From Gemmatimonadaceae bacterium (lineage in GTDB: Bacteria > Gemmatimonadota > Gemmatimonadetes > Gemmatimonadales > Gemmatimonadaceae), in NCBI GenBank assembly GCA_046596395.1, contig JBKJMP010000268.1:1-31861 (forward strand): a DNA stretch of 31,861 bases, in the 5' to 3' direction. Both the position numbers and the translations under genes were made by a program. The notes beneath the pieces were generated by a model, which saw only the letters and a program-made list of their open reading frames with translations, was not told the DNA's origin and made no database searches. How positions within the stretch are numbered: the stretch's first letter is position 1; each line of letters starts with the position of its first letter. Positions 18,324 to 26,391 of this stretch are shown piece by piece.

Positions 18324-19667
18324 ATGACAATTCAACGGAAGCGCCTCATTCAGAGGCCGATCGTGAAGGCTCTCCGCAGCTACGCGTTGGTCCTCGTCCT
18401 GCTCGGCCTGTACACGGCTTGCAATACGGAGGTCGTCAACCAGGGGCGATTCGAGGATGCATACCTCAACGACCGAAACGCCGAGGTGGCCCTGGTCAAC
18501 GGCGCGGCACGGGCAATTTCGCAGGGCGTGAACTGGATCAGCTACACGGGCGCCGCCATCACGCGTGAAATCCATCCCGCTGGATCGACCGGAAGCTTCG
18601 GCATCACGACACTCTGGCAGAACGGCGAGCTCCGTGTCGACGACGGCGATCTGGATACCCACTGGGAGCAGGCGCAGCGCGGCCGCTGGATCGCCGAGGA
18701 GGCCGTCCGGCGAATCGAAGCGGCGCAGCCACCTGTCGCTGGCGAGCTGCAAACCCTTGCCGCCTACAACAACGTGCGGCAGCTCGCGTACATCTACGCC
18801 GGGTACGCGAATCGCATCCTGGGCGAGAACATGTGTGAGTCGACGATCGACGGGGGGCCCGCCGGACCGAACACGGTGTTCTTCCAGCGCGCCGAGAGTC
18901 TCTTCACCAAGGCGATTGGCGTCACGGGTGGTACGGCCGCGACCATGGCGGCGCAGCTGACGCGAGCCTATGCCGGCCGAGCCGCCGTGCGCGTCCATCT
19001 CGGGAACTGGACCGGAGCTGTCGCCGATGCCGCACAGGTGCCCATCGGCTTCGTCTTCAACATGCCGTATTTCAACATCGGTGACGACGCACAGCGCAAT
19101 CGCATTTTCTGGGCGTCAGGCAATACGAGAGAAAGCGGGTCGGCGTATCGAGCGCACACGCAGTGGAGCACCTGGTACTACAACTACAGGGTGGCGACCA
19201 GCGATCCACGTGTTCCGATCACGGTCACGACACTCCTGGGCGATGCCGCCATTGAATGCTGTGGCAGGGTGCCGTGGTATCCGGAAGCAAAGCACTCCGC
19301 ATCAGCGTCGCCCATTCGACTCTCGAGCGGGCGTGAGATGCGGCTGATCGAGGCCGAGGCCAAGTTGCGCAACAGTGATCTCGCGGGAGCGATGACATCC
19401 ATCAATCTCGTTCGCACCAACGCGGCAGCGACTGCGATCACCGCCGTCGACATCACCGATGGCTGGCGGTTGCTCAAGCGCGAGCGCGGGATCGAGCTGT
19501 GGCTGGAAGCGCGACGACTGGGCGACATGCGTCGCTGGAAGGCGGGCAACACGCCTGGCGCGCTCGACCCACTCGAGCAGCCAGGTACGGGGTCACATAT
19601 GTCCAAGCAGGACCTCTGCTTCCCCATCGCGGTCTCGGAGCGTCAGACGAACCCCAACTTACGCTAA
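18324..19667 (+). CDS. SusD/RagB-family lipoprotein
   Basis: Lipobox YTAC, 7 bp downstream of susC. EMRLIEAEA and ERGIELWLEARRLGDMRRW are SusD C-terminal motifs. Confidence 0.88.
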   Translation: MTIQRKRLIQRPIVKALRSYALVLVLLGLYTACNTEVVNQGRFEDAYLNDRNAEVALVNGAARAISQGVNWISYTGAAITREIHPAGSTGSFGITTLWQNGELRVDDGDLDTHWEQAQRGRWIAEEAVRRIEAAQPPVAGELQTLAAYNNVRQLAYIYAGYANRILGENMCESTIDGGPAGPNTVFFQRAESLFTKAIGVTGGTAATMAAQLTRAYAGRAAVRVHLGNWTGAVADAAQVPIGFVFNMPYFNIGDDAQRNRIFWASGNTRESGSAYRAHTQWSTWYYNYRVATSDPRVPITVTTLLGDAAIECCGRVPWYPEAKHSASASPIRLSSGREMRLIEAEAKLRNSDLAGAMTSINLVRTNAAATAITAVDITDGWRLLKRERGIELWLEARRLGDMRRWKAGNTPGALDPLEQPGTGSHMSKQDLCFPIAVSERQTNPNLR

Positions 19668-19722
19668 GTCGTACGCTGAAAGGGCAACGACGATACACGG
19701 CACCGTCATTTCTTCGCGAGCA

Positions 19723-20193
19723 CTATGGAGTGAAGCGGAAGAGGGGAATACGGATGTCGGTGCCGGTGCCGCCGGGAGTGCGCTCGCCGCTCCCATTGTC
19801 TTTGAGCGTCTTGTACGCGGCGCTGCCAATGATGAGCGCCGCTCCGCTCAGGAGCGCCCCTGTCCGCAGGCGATCGACCTGTCGCATCTCGAGTTCGATC
19901 AGGTCTGTTCTCGCGATCGACACGCGTTGGTGCAATGTCTCGACGGACGTACCGACGCCGGTGGTCACGACCGTAGGGACTTCGACGATCATGCTCGCCG
20001 GGCCGTTCTCGATCAGTTCTCCGCTCACGAGTCGCGCGTCGGCACTACCGAGGATCGGCACGAGCTTCTCCGCCGCTGCTCCAGAGATGCGAGCGCGAAC
20101 ACTCGTTCCGGGAACGGCAGCCGCCGGCTCGATAGTCGCATACGTGTAGCAGCCCGCACAGAGCGGGAGGACCGCCAGGAGGAGGCGGCGCAT
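19723..20193 (-). CDS. Hypothetical lipoprotein
   Basis: MRRLLLAVLPLCAGC lipobox followed by YTYATIEP, with a hydrophobic segment near the C-terminus. An alternative start is at 20208. Confidence 0.7.
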   Translation of the reverse strand: MRRLLLAVLPLCAGCYTYATIEPAAAVPGTSVRARISGAAAEKLVPILGSADARLVSGELIENGPASMIVEVPTVVTTGVGTSVETLHQRVSIARTDLIELEMRQVDRLRTGALLSGAALIIGSAAYKTLKDNGSGERTPGGTGTDIRIPLFRFTP

Positions 20194-20699
20194 TGACGGA
20201 TTGGGCATCGTACGACGTGACCCTCGCCGCAATGATGTAGCCGAATGCGCAAAAACATCGGCTGCAGGTACGAGGTCCCCAGCGTCTGGGCACACTGCTG
20301 GCTCACGGACTCGCGGTGGCCACCAGAGGGCGGCACGTGGAAGAAGATGCGCTGCTCCGGATACGGCGAGCAGGCAGGCAAGATCACGGATGGACTGCTT
20401 CATGGACGGCTCCTGTCGCACGGCGCTGCCCTCATTCTACGCAGTTCGCTCTGCGGCGCCATGACCGCTCGTGTCCTCGATCCCGCCAGGCGTAAGCTAC
20501 GGTCGATCTGGCCAGCCGCGGCCGCGGTAAAGATCGCGCATGCCGCCTTGTTCGTGGTGGGGTGCAGCGGCTCGCGGACCCCGAACAGTCGGAGGCAGCT
20601 GTTAATGAACAGTTCCACCCAGCTCTCCATGTCGAGCACGCTCGCCGGGACCGGGAAAGCACGGCCTCGACTAACGCGCGGGTTAATGACGAGCCGTCG

Positions 20700-20849
20700 G
20701 GTGGATGGTGGTCGGTCACCCTGCCCGTCGCCGCGGGCGCGCATCAGATGAATGTGAGGATGGATGGCGGCGCGTGGATCGTTCCGCCGGGACTGGCGTC
20801 GCTCAAGGATGAATTCGGGGGCATCGTCGGCCTGCTCGTTGCTCCGTGA
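20700..20849 (+). pseudogene. 3' fragment of a paralog of the barrel-CBM48 gene
   Basis: GGWWSVTLPVAAGAHQMNVRMDGGAWIVPPGLASLKDEFGGIVGLLVAP* aligns to 6634-6783. The upstream part is missing. Confidence 0.85.
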
Positions 20850-20853
20850 ATCT

Positions 20854-20884
20854 CTGACGCGCGCGCGCAACGCAACAGTCCAAT
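20854..20884 (+). promoter_or_regulatory. Retained copy of the ECF promoter motif (CTGAC-N17-CAGTC)
   Basis: CTGACGCGCGCGCGCAACGCAACAGTCCAAT has 2 mismatches to 6788-6818. Confidence 0.55.
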
Positions 20885-20922
20885 AGATGACGGCATCAGG
20901 GCAGTTGCCCGAGGGATCCATC

Positions 20923-21418
20923 ATGCGTTACACACATGTGCGTTCTGCGCTCGCATTCGCGAGCGCGTTGATTGGAACAGCAACATCTCGAGTCTCCGCA
21001 CAAACGCCGGCCGAGGATCCCTCTGCTCGGCTCCGTCAGGTGCTGCCGGCCGACGTTGCCGCACGTGTGCGCGCGCGCATCGCCGACGCGCGCGCTCGTG
21101 ATCTCCCCGCCGCGGCGCTCGAGAACCGCGCGCTGAAGTCGCCGCGAAGGGCGTCGCGCCCGCCGACATCGAGAAGTCCATCGCCGAGCAGGGCGTCCGC
21201 ATGCTGGATGCGAAGACCGCGTAGCAGAAGGGGCGCGCGGGGCGTCCGGCGCACGATGAGATCGAGTCGGCACCGAGGCGATCCGGAAGGGCGTCAGTGG
21301 CGCTGCCGTTGCGGCGCTCGCGCGGAGTGCGCCGTCGGTACGTTCGCTCGCCGTGCCGTTGTTCGTGGTGGGCAGCCTGATGGATCGTGGGCTGCCGTCC
21401 GATGCCGCGCTTTCGCGC
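20923..21418 (+). pseudogene. Frameshifted, truncated paralog of the 6859 gene
   Basis: Relative to copy 1: a 1-bp deletion near 21139 (AAGTTC>AAGTC), an in-frame TAG at 21222-21224, a second 1-bp deletion near 21270, and loss of similarity after 21418. Confidence 0.88.
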
Positions 21419-21713
21419 TGGCGATCCTGTATCGGCTCCGCTTCGAACTCGGGACAGCGCGGGCGGCGTGTCTCCAAGAATGCCGAAAGTCGAGGCCGAG
21501 CGGTCTCGGTTGCAGCTGCATGCCCGAAGCAAGCGCATCATTAATAGTGCAAGTTGTTGTGGAACTGTGCTTTAGCGAAATCCTGCGAACCCTTTCTCGC
21601 GCTTGATAGTGCTCCTGCCTACAAGACTGTGGTGCGTGTGCCACAGTGACTACTCAGGGGTTCCTTGCCATCGAGGTGCGCCGCGTTCCCGCCCGCGCCC
21701 AGCACGCCTGGCT

Positions 21714-23301
21714 TCAGGGATTGATCAGGACGGCCGCGGAGGTGAACGGAACAACGATGCCGTCCGTGATCGCCACATAAAGCACCTGCAACGCGAGACT
21801 GCCCGTTGGCGCCACGATGCTGAAGTCATCGATGTAGCCCCGCGCGGTTGCATTGAGCGTCGTGCCATCCGGCCAGAGAAAGGTGAGTATGCGCGCCGCA
21901 GCCACCCCCTCCCAGTCCTCGAAGTCCACGCGCGTCGCGTCCCCGGTGAGTGCGCCGTCCGCGTATATGAGCTTCTTGGGTCCCAGAAACGGAAGCGGCG
22001 ACGTCGTGATCCTGCCCGTGACATCCGACGGATCACCGAAGTAGAACTTGTACCGGACTCCGCTCAGGTGCTTCGGATGTCCCGCCTGCACGCTCTTGAA
22101 GAGCTTCGGGCATCCGCCCGGTGATTCATACTGCACCGCCCACGTGCTGCCGCTCCAGACCGCGTAGCCGTGGTTCTGCGGAAAGGTGGAGCAGGTTGGA
22201 ACGGGACCAGTCGTGAACGTCATGAACGTTCCCGCTGCGCCGTCCCACCGCCAATCGGATTGCGTGGGATACCCGACCTTGAATTGACGCGCGTTGTCGA
22301 TGCGCGCATTCCCCAGCACCGCGTCGCCGGCGACACCGATCACCACCGATGGCGCACAACCCCCGTTGGCCGAGTAGTCGGCCGCGGTTGAACAGATTCC
22401 GCTCGTGCCGCTGTTGAAGTCGAGGCCGACATACCCAACCTGCGAATCGATCGAAAGGATGCGCGTCTTGTTAGCGGCGTCCGGCGCCTCGAAGTACAAC
22501 CGCATTCGGCCTCCCATTGCGGCGGAGAGCGGCACGACCTGCCCTGTGGCGATCTCGCGCACCAGCGCGGCCGACGTGGACGGATTGAGCAGTCCCGAGG
22601 TGCCGGCGCGACTCGTGAACGAGAGGAAGCTGCTGGTAACCGCCGCCGAGGCAGCCGTGGTCGTCACGCCCGCGGCTAGCCCCTTGGTGTTTTGCTGGAG
22701 CGGTCCGTAGTACATCAACAATCGTCCCCCGAGCGCAGTCGGCGCGTCGTCACCGTAGCGCGTCACGTGGAGCTTGACGTTTCCGTCGGGCACGATCTTC
22801 GTGAGTGTCGAGCTGGACGCTCCGCTTCCCTGGAGGTGCCACACCTCACCCGGTGTCGTCACCGTGACCGACGCCGACGTCGTATCGGGACACTCGGCCG
22901 TCGTGCACGCACGGACAGTGATGCGATAGGGTGTGGATGCGATAGGGTGTGGCAGCCTTGAGATCGCCGAGCGCGAGGCTCGTCGTGGCGCTGCTCGCGG
23001 AGGCGTGTTTCTGCGTGAGCTGATCGGTCCACGTCACCGCGTATCGCTCCACCGAAACGCCATTCGGCGCCGTCCACGCGACGCCGAGCTTCGTGGACGA
23101 CACGTAGGCGGTTCCGGCCACTGTCTTCGCGGCTACCGGAGTTGCCGACAGCGCCGTGACTGTACCGGGCGGCGCGAACCCGGGTGCGACGGGCGCACTC
23201 TCGCCCGCACATGCGGTGAGGGAGAGCGCAACGACAGACAGTCGCCAGCGTCGCGCGAGCGTGTCGAAGCGAACGGGCGGCTCATCGCGGCACGCCCTCA
23301 T
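21714..23301 (-). pseudogene. Lipoprotein with fibronectin-type-III-like domain and large beta-rich C-terminal domain, frameshifted by a 16-bp tandem duplication
   Basis: Lipobox LTAC and FN3-like pattern (LGVAWTAP..YAVTW..LGDLKAATPYRI). Removing one GATGCGATAGGGTGTG copy (22920-22951) joins ORFs 22846-23445 and 21714-22862 into 523 aa. Confidence 0.85.
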
Positions 23302-23438
23302 CCTTCGTATCGCATCTATCGGATCGAGGGCCAGGCGCATCCTCATCCTGACGTCCGCCATGGCCGTGAAGAACTGGATCCGCGTGAGGGAGACAAGAAT
23401 GATGGGTAGGCGCCCAGCGGCGCAAACGGAGCATCCTA

Positions 23439-23467
23439 CTGACAATAAAAGTTGTCAATGATAGAAT
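23439..23467 (+). promoter_or_regulatory. Sigma70 promoter with overlapping palindromic operator
   Basis: CTGACA (23439-23444), 17 nt, TAGAAT (23462-23467), then ATG 6 nt later. The palindrome TGACAA-N6-TTGTCA lies at 23440-23457. Confidence 0.75.
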
Positions 23468-23473
23468 CTCGTC

Positions 23474-24064
23474 ATGCTCGACATCCACGTGATCGATGAT
23501 CCGGCGGCGGCGACGGTGGCGTTGGAGCCGATGCGAAGCCGACTCCTCTCCGAGCTCGCCGCGCCCGCCTCGGCGGCGACGTTGGCCGTGCGGGTCGGCA
23601 TGGCGCGGCAGAAGGTCAACTACCATCTGCGGGCGCTGGAGTCGCACGGGCTGGTGCGGCTGGCCGAGGAACGCAAGTGGGGCGGGCTGACGGAACGGCT
23701 CCTCGTCGCGACGGCCACGTCCTACGTCGTTTCACCGAGCGCCCTGGGCCCGGTCGCCGTCGATCCGGATCGGGACGTCGATCGGCTGTCCGCGAGCTAT
23801 CTCATCGCCCTGGGCGCACGGGTTGTCCGCGAAGTGGGCGATCTCGTTCGCCGCGCGAGCGAATCGGGCAAGCGCCTGGCGACCCTGGCGGTCGATACCG
23901 AGGTCCGCTTCCGGTCGCCGGCGGACCGCGCGGCCTTCAGCCACGAGCTCACCGAAGCCATCGCGACACTCGTTTCCAAATATCACGATGAATCCGCCCC
24001 CGGCGGCCGCGCGCACCGGCTGGTGGTCGTGGCGCACCCCCTACCGCAGAAATCCCTTCCTTAG
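23474..24064 (+). CDS. ArsR-like winged-helix transcriptional regulator
   Basis: LEPMRSRLLSELAAPASAATLA..MARQKVNYHLRALESHGLV..ERKWGGLTERL. Confidence 0.88.
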   Translation: MLDIHVIDDPAAATVALEPMRSRLLSELAAPASAATLAVRVGMARQKVNYHLRALESHGLVRLAEERKWGGLTERLLVATATSYVVSPSALGPVAVDPDRDVDRLSASYLIALGARVVREVGDLVRRASESGKRLATLAVDTEVRFRSPADRAAFSHELTEAIATLVSKYHDESAPGGRAHRLVVVAHPLPQKSLP

Positions 24065-24074
24065 AGGATCCATC

Positions 24075-24896
24075 ATGAGCGTAGAGAAAGAAGCTTCCGG
24101 TCGCCGTTCCGTTCAGGTCGACGTCGAGGTCCCCGGCACCCCGGAGGAAGTGTGGCAGGCCATTGCGACGGGGCCTGGTATCTCGTCCTGGTTCGTGTTG
24201 ACGGAGTTCGAGGCCAAGGACGGGACGCCCGTCGCGGTGACGGCGAATTTCGGCCCGGGCATGGTGTCCCGGTCTGCCGTGACCGCCTGGGATCCGCCGC
24301 GGATGTTCGCCGCGCAGGGCGAGGGTTGGGGTGGCTCTCCCCCCATCGCAACCGAGTGGAGCGTCGAGGCGCGCGCGGGCGGAGTGTGCCGCGTCCGCGT
24401 GGTGCACAGCCTCTTCGCCAGCACCGACGACTGGGACAACCAGCTTCAAGCCACCGAATCCGGCTGGCCCGGCTTCTTCCGTACCCTGCGGATCTATCTC
24501 ACGCACTTCCGCGGCCAACGCTCCGCGCTCATGCAGTTCGTGGCTCCCGTCGCGGGCACCGAAGCGGAGGCCTGGGAAACGCTGATCGCGGCGATGGGAG
24601 TGAAAGGCGTGCGCGTCGGGCAGCGTTGGACGTCGCCCGCGGGTGTCCCGCCGCTCAGCGGCGTGGCGGAGTACGTCAGCCAGAGTCCGTGCGACATCCT
24701 GCTTCGGCTCGACACGCCTCGCCCGGGCGTGGCCGCGCTTGGCGCCTTCAACGTCGGCGGCCAGAGCATGGCAGCGCTGAGCTTGTACCACTACGGCGAT
24801 CAGGCGGCCGAGACAGCCGCCCGTGAGACACCGAGGTGGCAAGCGTGGATCGAGGAACGCTTCCCGATGCCGGCGGAGTCGAGCAAGACCGAATGA
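24075..24896 (+). CDS. SRPBCC/AHSA1 (START-like) domain protein
   Basis: GAGG RBS and ATG at 24075. VEVPGTPEEVWQAIATGPGISSWF, WDPPRMF, CRVRVVH and GWPGFFRTL. Confidence 0.88.
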   Translation: MSVEKEASGRRSVQVDVEVPGTPEEVWQAIATGPGISSWFVLTEFEAKDGTPVAVTANFGPGMVSRSAVTAWDPPRMFAAQGEGWGGSPPIATEWSVEARAGGVCRVRVVHSLFASTDDWDNQLQATESGWPGFFRTLRIYLTHFRGQRSALMQFVAPVAGTEAEAWETLIAAMGVKGVRVGQRWTSPAGVPPLSGVAEYVSQSPCDILLRLDTPRPGVAALGAFNVGGQSMAALSLYHYGDQAAETAARETPRWQAWIEERFPMPAESSKTE

Positions 24897-25279
24897 ATTT
24901 GTGAACTGGGGTGCATTGCCGTCGTTGTGTGCTCGCTACCAGCCTCCCCTGTGCGGCTACTGCCGCGAATGTCAAGGAAACAGGAGACGCGATCGATCGT
25001 GTGCGAAACGGCATCCGCGAGAACCCCGCGGCGTGTGCCCTCACGCACGGTGCGGTATCGTCGGCGACGAAGCCGACCCGCGCGCGGGAGGGAGGCCTGC
25101 GATGTATGGCATCATGCCGATGACGATTTCGACACCAGCAATGCTGGTCGCGAAATCAGCCGCAGCTCTGCTCCAAGGAATCTGCAAAGTGCGAGCGGAG
25201 CGCAATACTTGGCCAGCAGCGGCTCAACGTCGCGTCACCTGCAAGTGTTACCCATCATGCTGGAATACTCTGTTACCCA

Positions 25280-25594
25280 TCATCCCGCTTGCTCAGGTCG
25301 TGATCGCGGGTCGTCCTCGGCCAGAATACTCTGTGAGAGTTCGAGGCATGCCGCACATATGGCGAATGACGGCAACGCGCCGGCGATCGGCACGTCGCGC
25401 CGCCCGCAGAGCAAGCACGGCTCGGCGGTGGCAGCCGCCGACTCTCCGGTGGCGAGCAGTGCGATACATGACTCACAGATGTAGATGCCGGGGCCGGCCA
25501 TCAGTCGCCGACCTTCGGCGCTGGGCAGGCGGCAGGCGCGGCAGCGGGGGAAACGATGCGCGAAGCGACGGACCCGCTCACTAGTGTTGGCCAC
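25280..25594 (-). CDS. Small protein with tandem ClpX-type C4 zinc fingers
   Basis: CRAC-x-LMAGPGIYICESC and CLLC-x-AICAACLELS. AGGAGG RBS precedes the GTG at 25594. Confidence 0.75.
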   Translation of the reverse strand: MANTSERVRRFAHRFPRCRACRLPSAEGRRLMAGPGIYICESCIALLATGESAAATAEPCLLCGRRDVPIAGALPSFAICAACLELSQSILAEDDPRSRPEQAG

Positions 25595-25631
25595 AGACCC
25601 TCCTCTCCGAGAATGCGTGTCGCCACCTAAC

Positions 25632-25789
25632 GAGGATGTAGAATAAATCCCCCGCGGCGGCGCGAGGCCCAAAGTGCGCCTTCGAATATCATTGCCGCTT
25701 TGACGATCGTCGATCTGAGGCGATCCTGGGAGGTCGCTTTCGGCGAAAGCCGCGTTGGAAAATCACATCGGGGCTTATTCTACATCCTC
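25632..25789. mobile_element. 158-bp MITE-like element with 15-bp terminal inverted repeats and AAC flanking direct repeats
   Basis: GAGGATGTAGAATAA (25632-25646) and TTATTCTACATCCTC (25775-25789) are a perfect inverted pair. AAC occurs at 25629-25631 and 25790-25792. Confidence 0.6.
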
Positions 25790-25905
25790 AACGCCAAAGT
25801 TCACTTGCAAGCGAACAAATAAAAGCGCAAGCGTGAGCGGGCGCCATCAGTAAATCGCTTGTCGAGAGCAACGCACGTTCGATTGCGGGTCGCGGTCTGG
25901 CCGAC

Positions 25906-26121
25906 TTACGCGTAGAGGAGCCGACCTCGCGGTGTCGGAATGTCGCGTCCCAGTTCGCGGGCGGTTTCAATCCACTGCTGGATGACGACTTCGGCCTGCG
26001 CCAGGGCAGCGCCATAGGTCGGTCCGTCCGCGGCGCAGCCAGAGAGTTCTGGGACCTCAGCGACAAACGCTTGGTCTGTCTCACTCCAATAAATGATGAT
26101 CTCGTACCGATAGTCAGGCAT
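25906..26121 (-). CDS. hicB: HicB-family antitoxin
   Basis: YRYEIIIYWSETDQAFVAEVPELSGCAADGPTYGAAL..WIETARELGRDIPTP. Confidence 0.92.
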   Translation of the reverse strand: MPDYRYEIIIYWSETDQAFVAEVPELSGCAADGPTYGAALAQAEVVIQQWIETARELGRDIPTPRGRLLYA

Positions 26122-26391
26122 CGTCAGTCTCGGGGAGAAGAGAGTCGGCCAGCCGGTATCGCAAGATAGCCTCGCGGACCTGTCGCACCTGATAGGGCTT
26201 GGCCGTGCCCTCCGGCCGCGGCTGTAGATTGAGGATCTCAGCTACGCCGTCCGCGAGAAGATCCGATGACTGCCGCGCTGCCGCTCGGCGAACCCGAGTC
26301 GACTGAGAAGGCCGCACAATTCATCGAAGCGGACGGTTTGGTCGGCCGTTCCGCTAAGGAGGCGCTGCAGCGCCTTGCGGTATCGAGTCAC
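26114..26391 (-). pseudogene. hicA: HicA-family toxin, frameshifted
   Basis: GTG at 26391 gives TRYRKALQRLLSG..VRFDELCGLLSRLGFAERQRGSHRIFSR, then TAG at 26244-26242. The rest (DGVAEILNLQP..AKPYQVRQVREAI) is in another frame; one base is missing near 26251-26254. Confidence 0.85.

Noticed and set aside
23310-23400. Plus-strand hydrophobic stretch RILILTSAMAVKNWIRVRETR, possibly a membrane-protein C-terminal remnant
   Set aside because: Too short and no diagnostic motif.
24897-25220. Intergenic ORFs 24823-25584, 24927-25484 and 24800-25048
   Set aside because: No RBS, signal or domain motif, and they overlap better-supported genes.
25246-25334. Short direct repeats TGTTACCCATCAT (25246, 25271) and GAATACTCTGT (25263, 25324)
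   Set aside because: Only two copies of each, with 12-nt or irregular spacers. This is not a CRISPR array and is most likely a microhomology duplication scar.
25636-25785. TTATTCTACAT resembles a XerD arm of dif (8/11)
   Set aside because: No XerC-like arm lies 6 bp away at either copy; the TIR explanation fits better.
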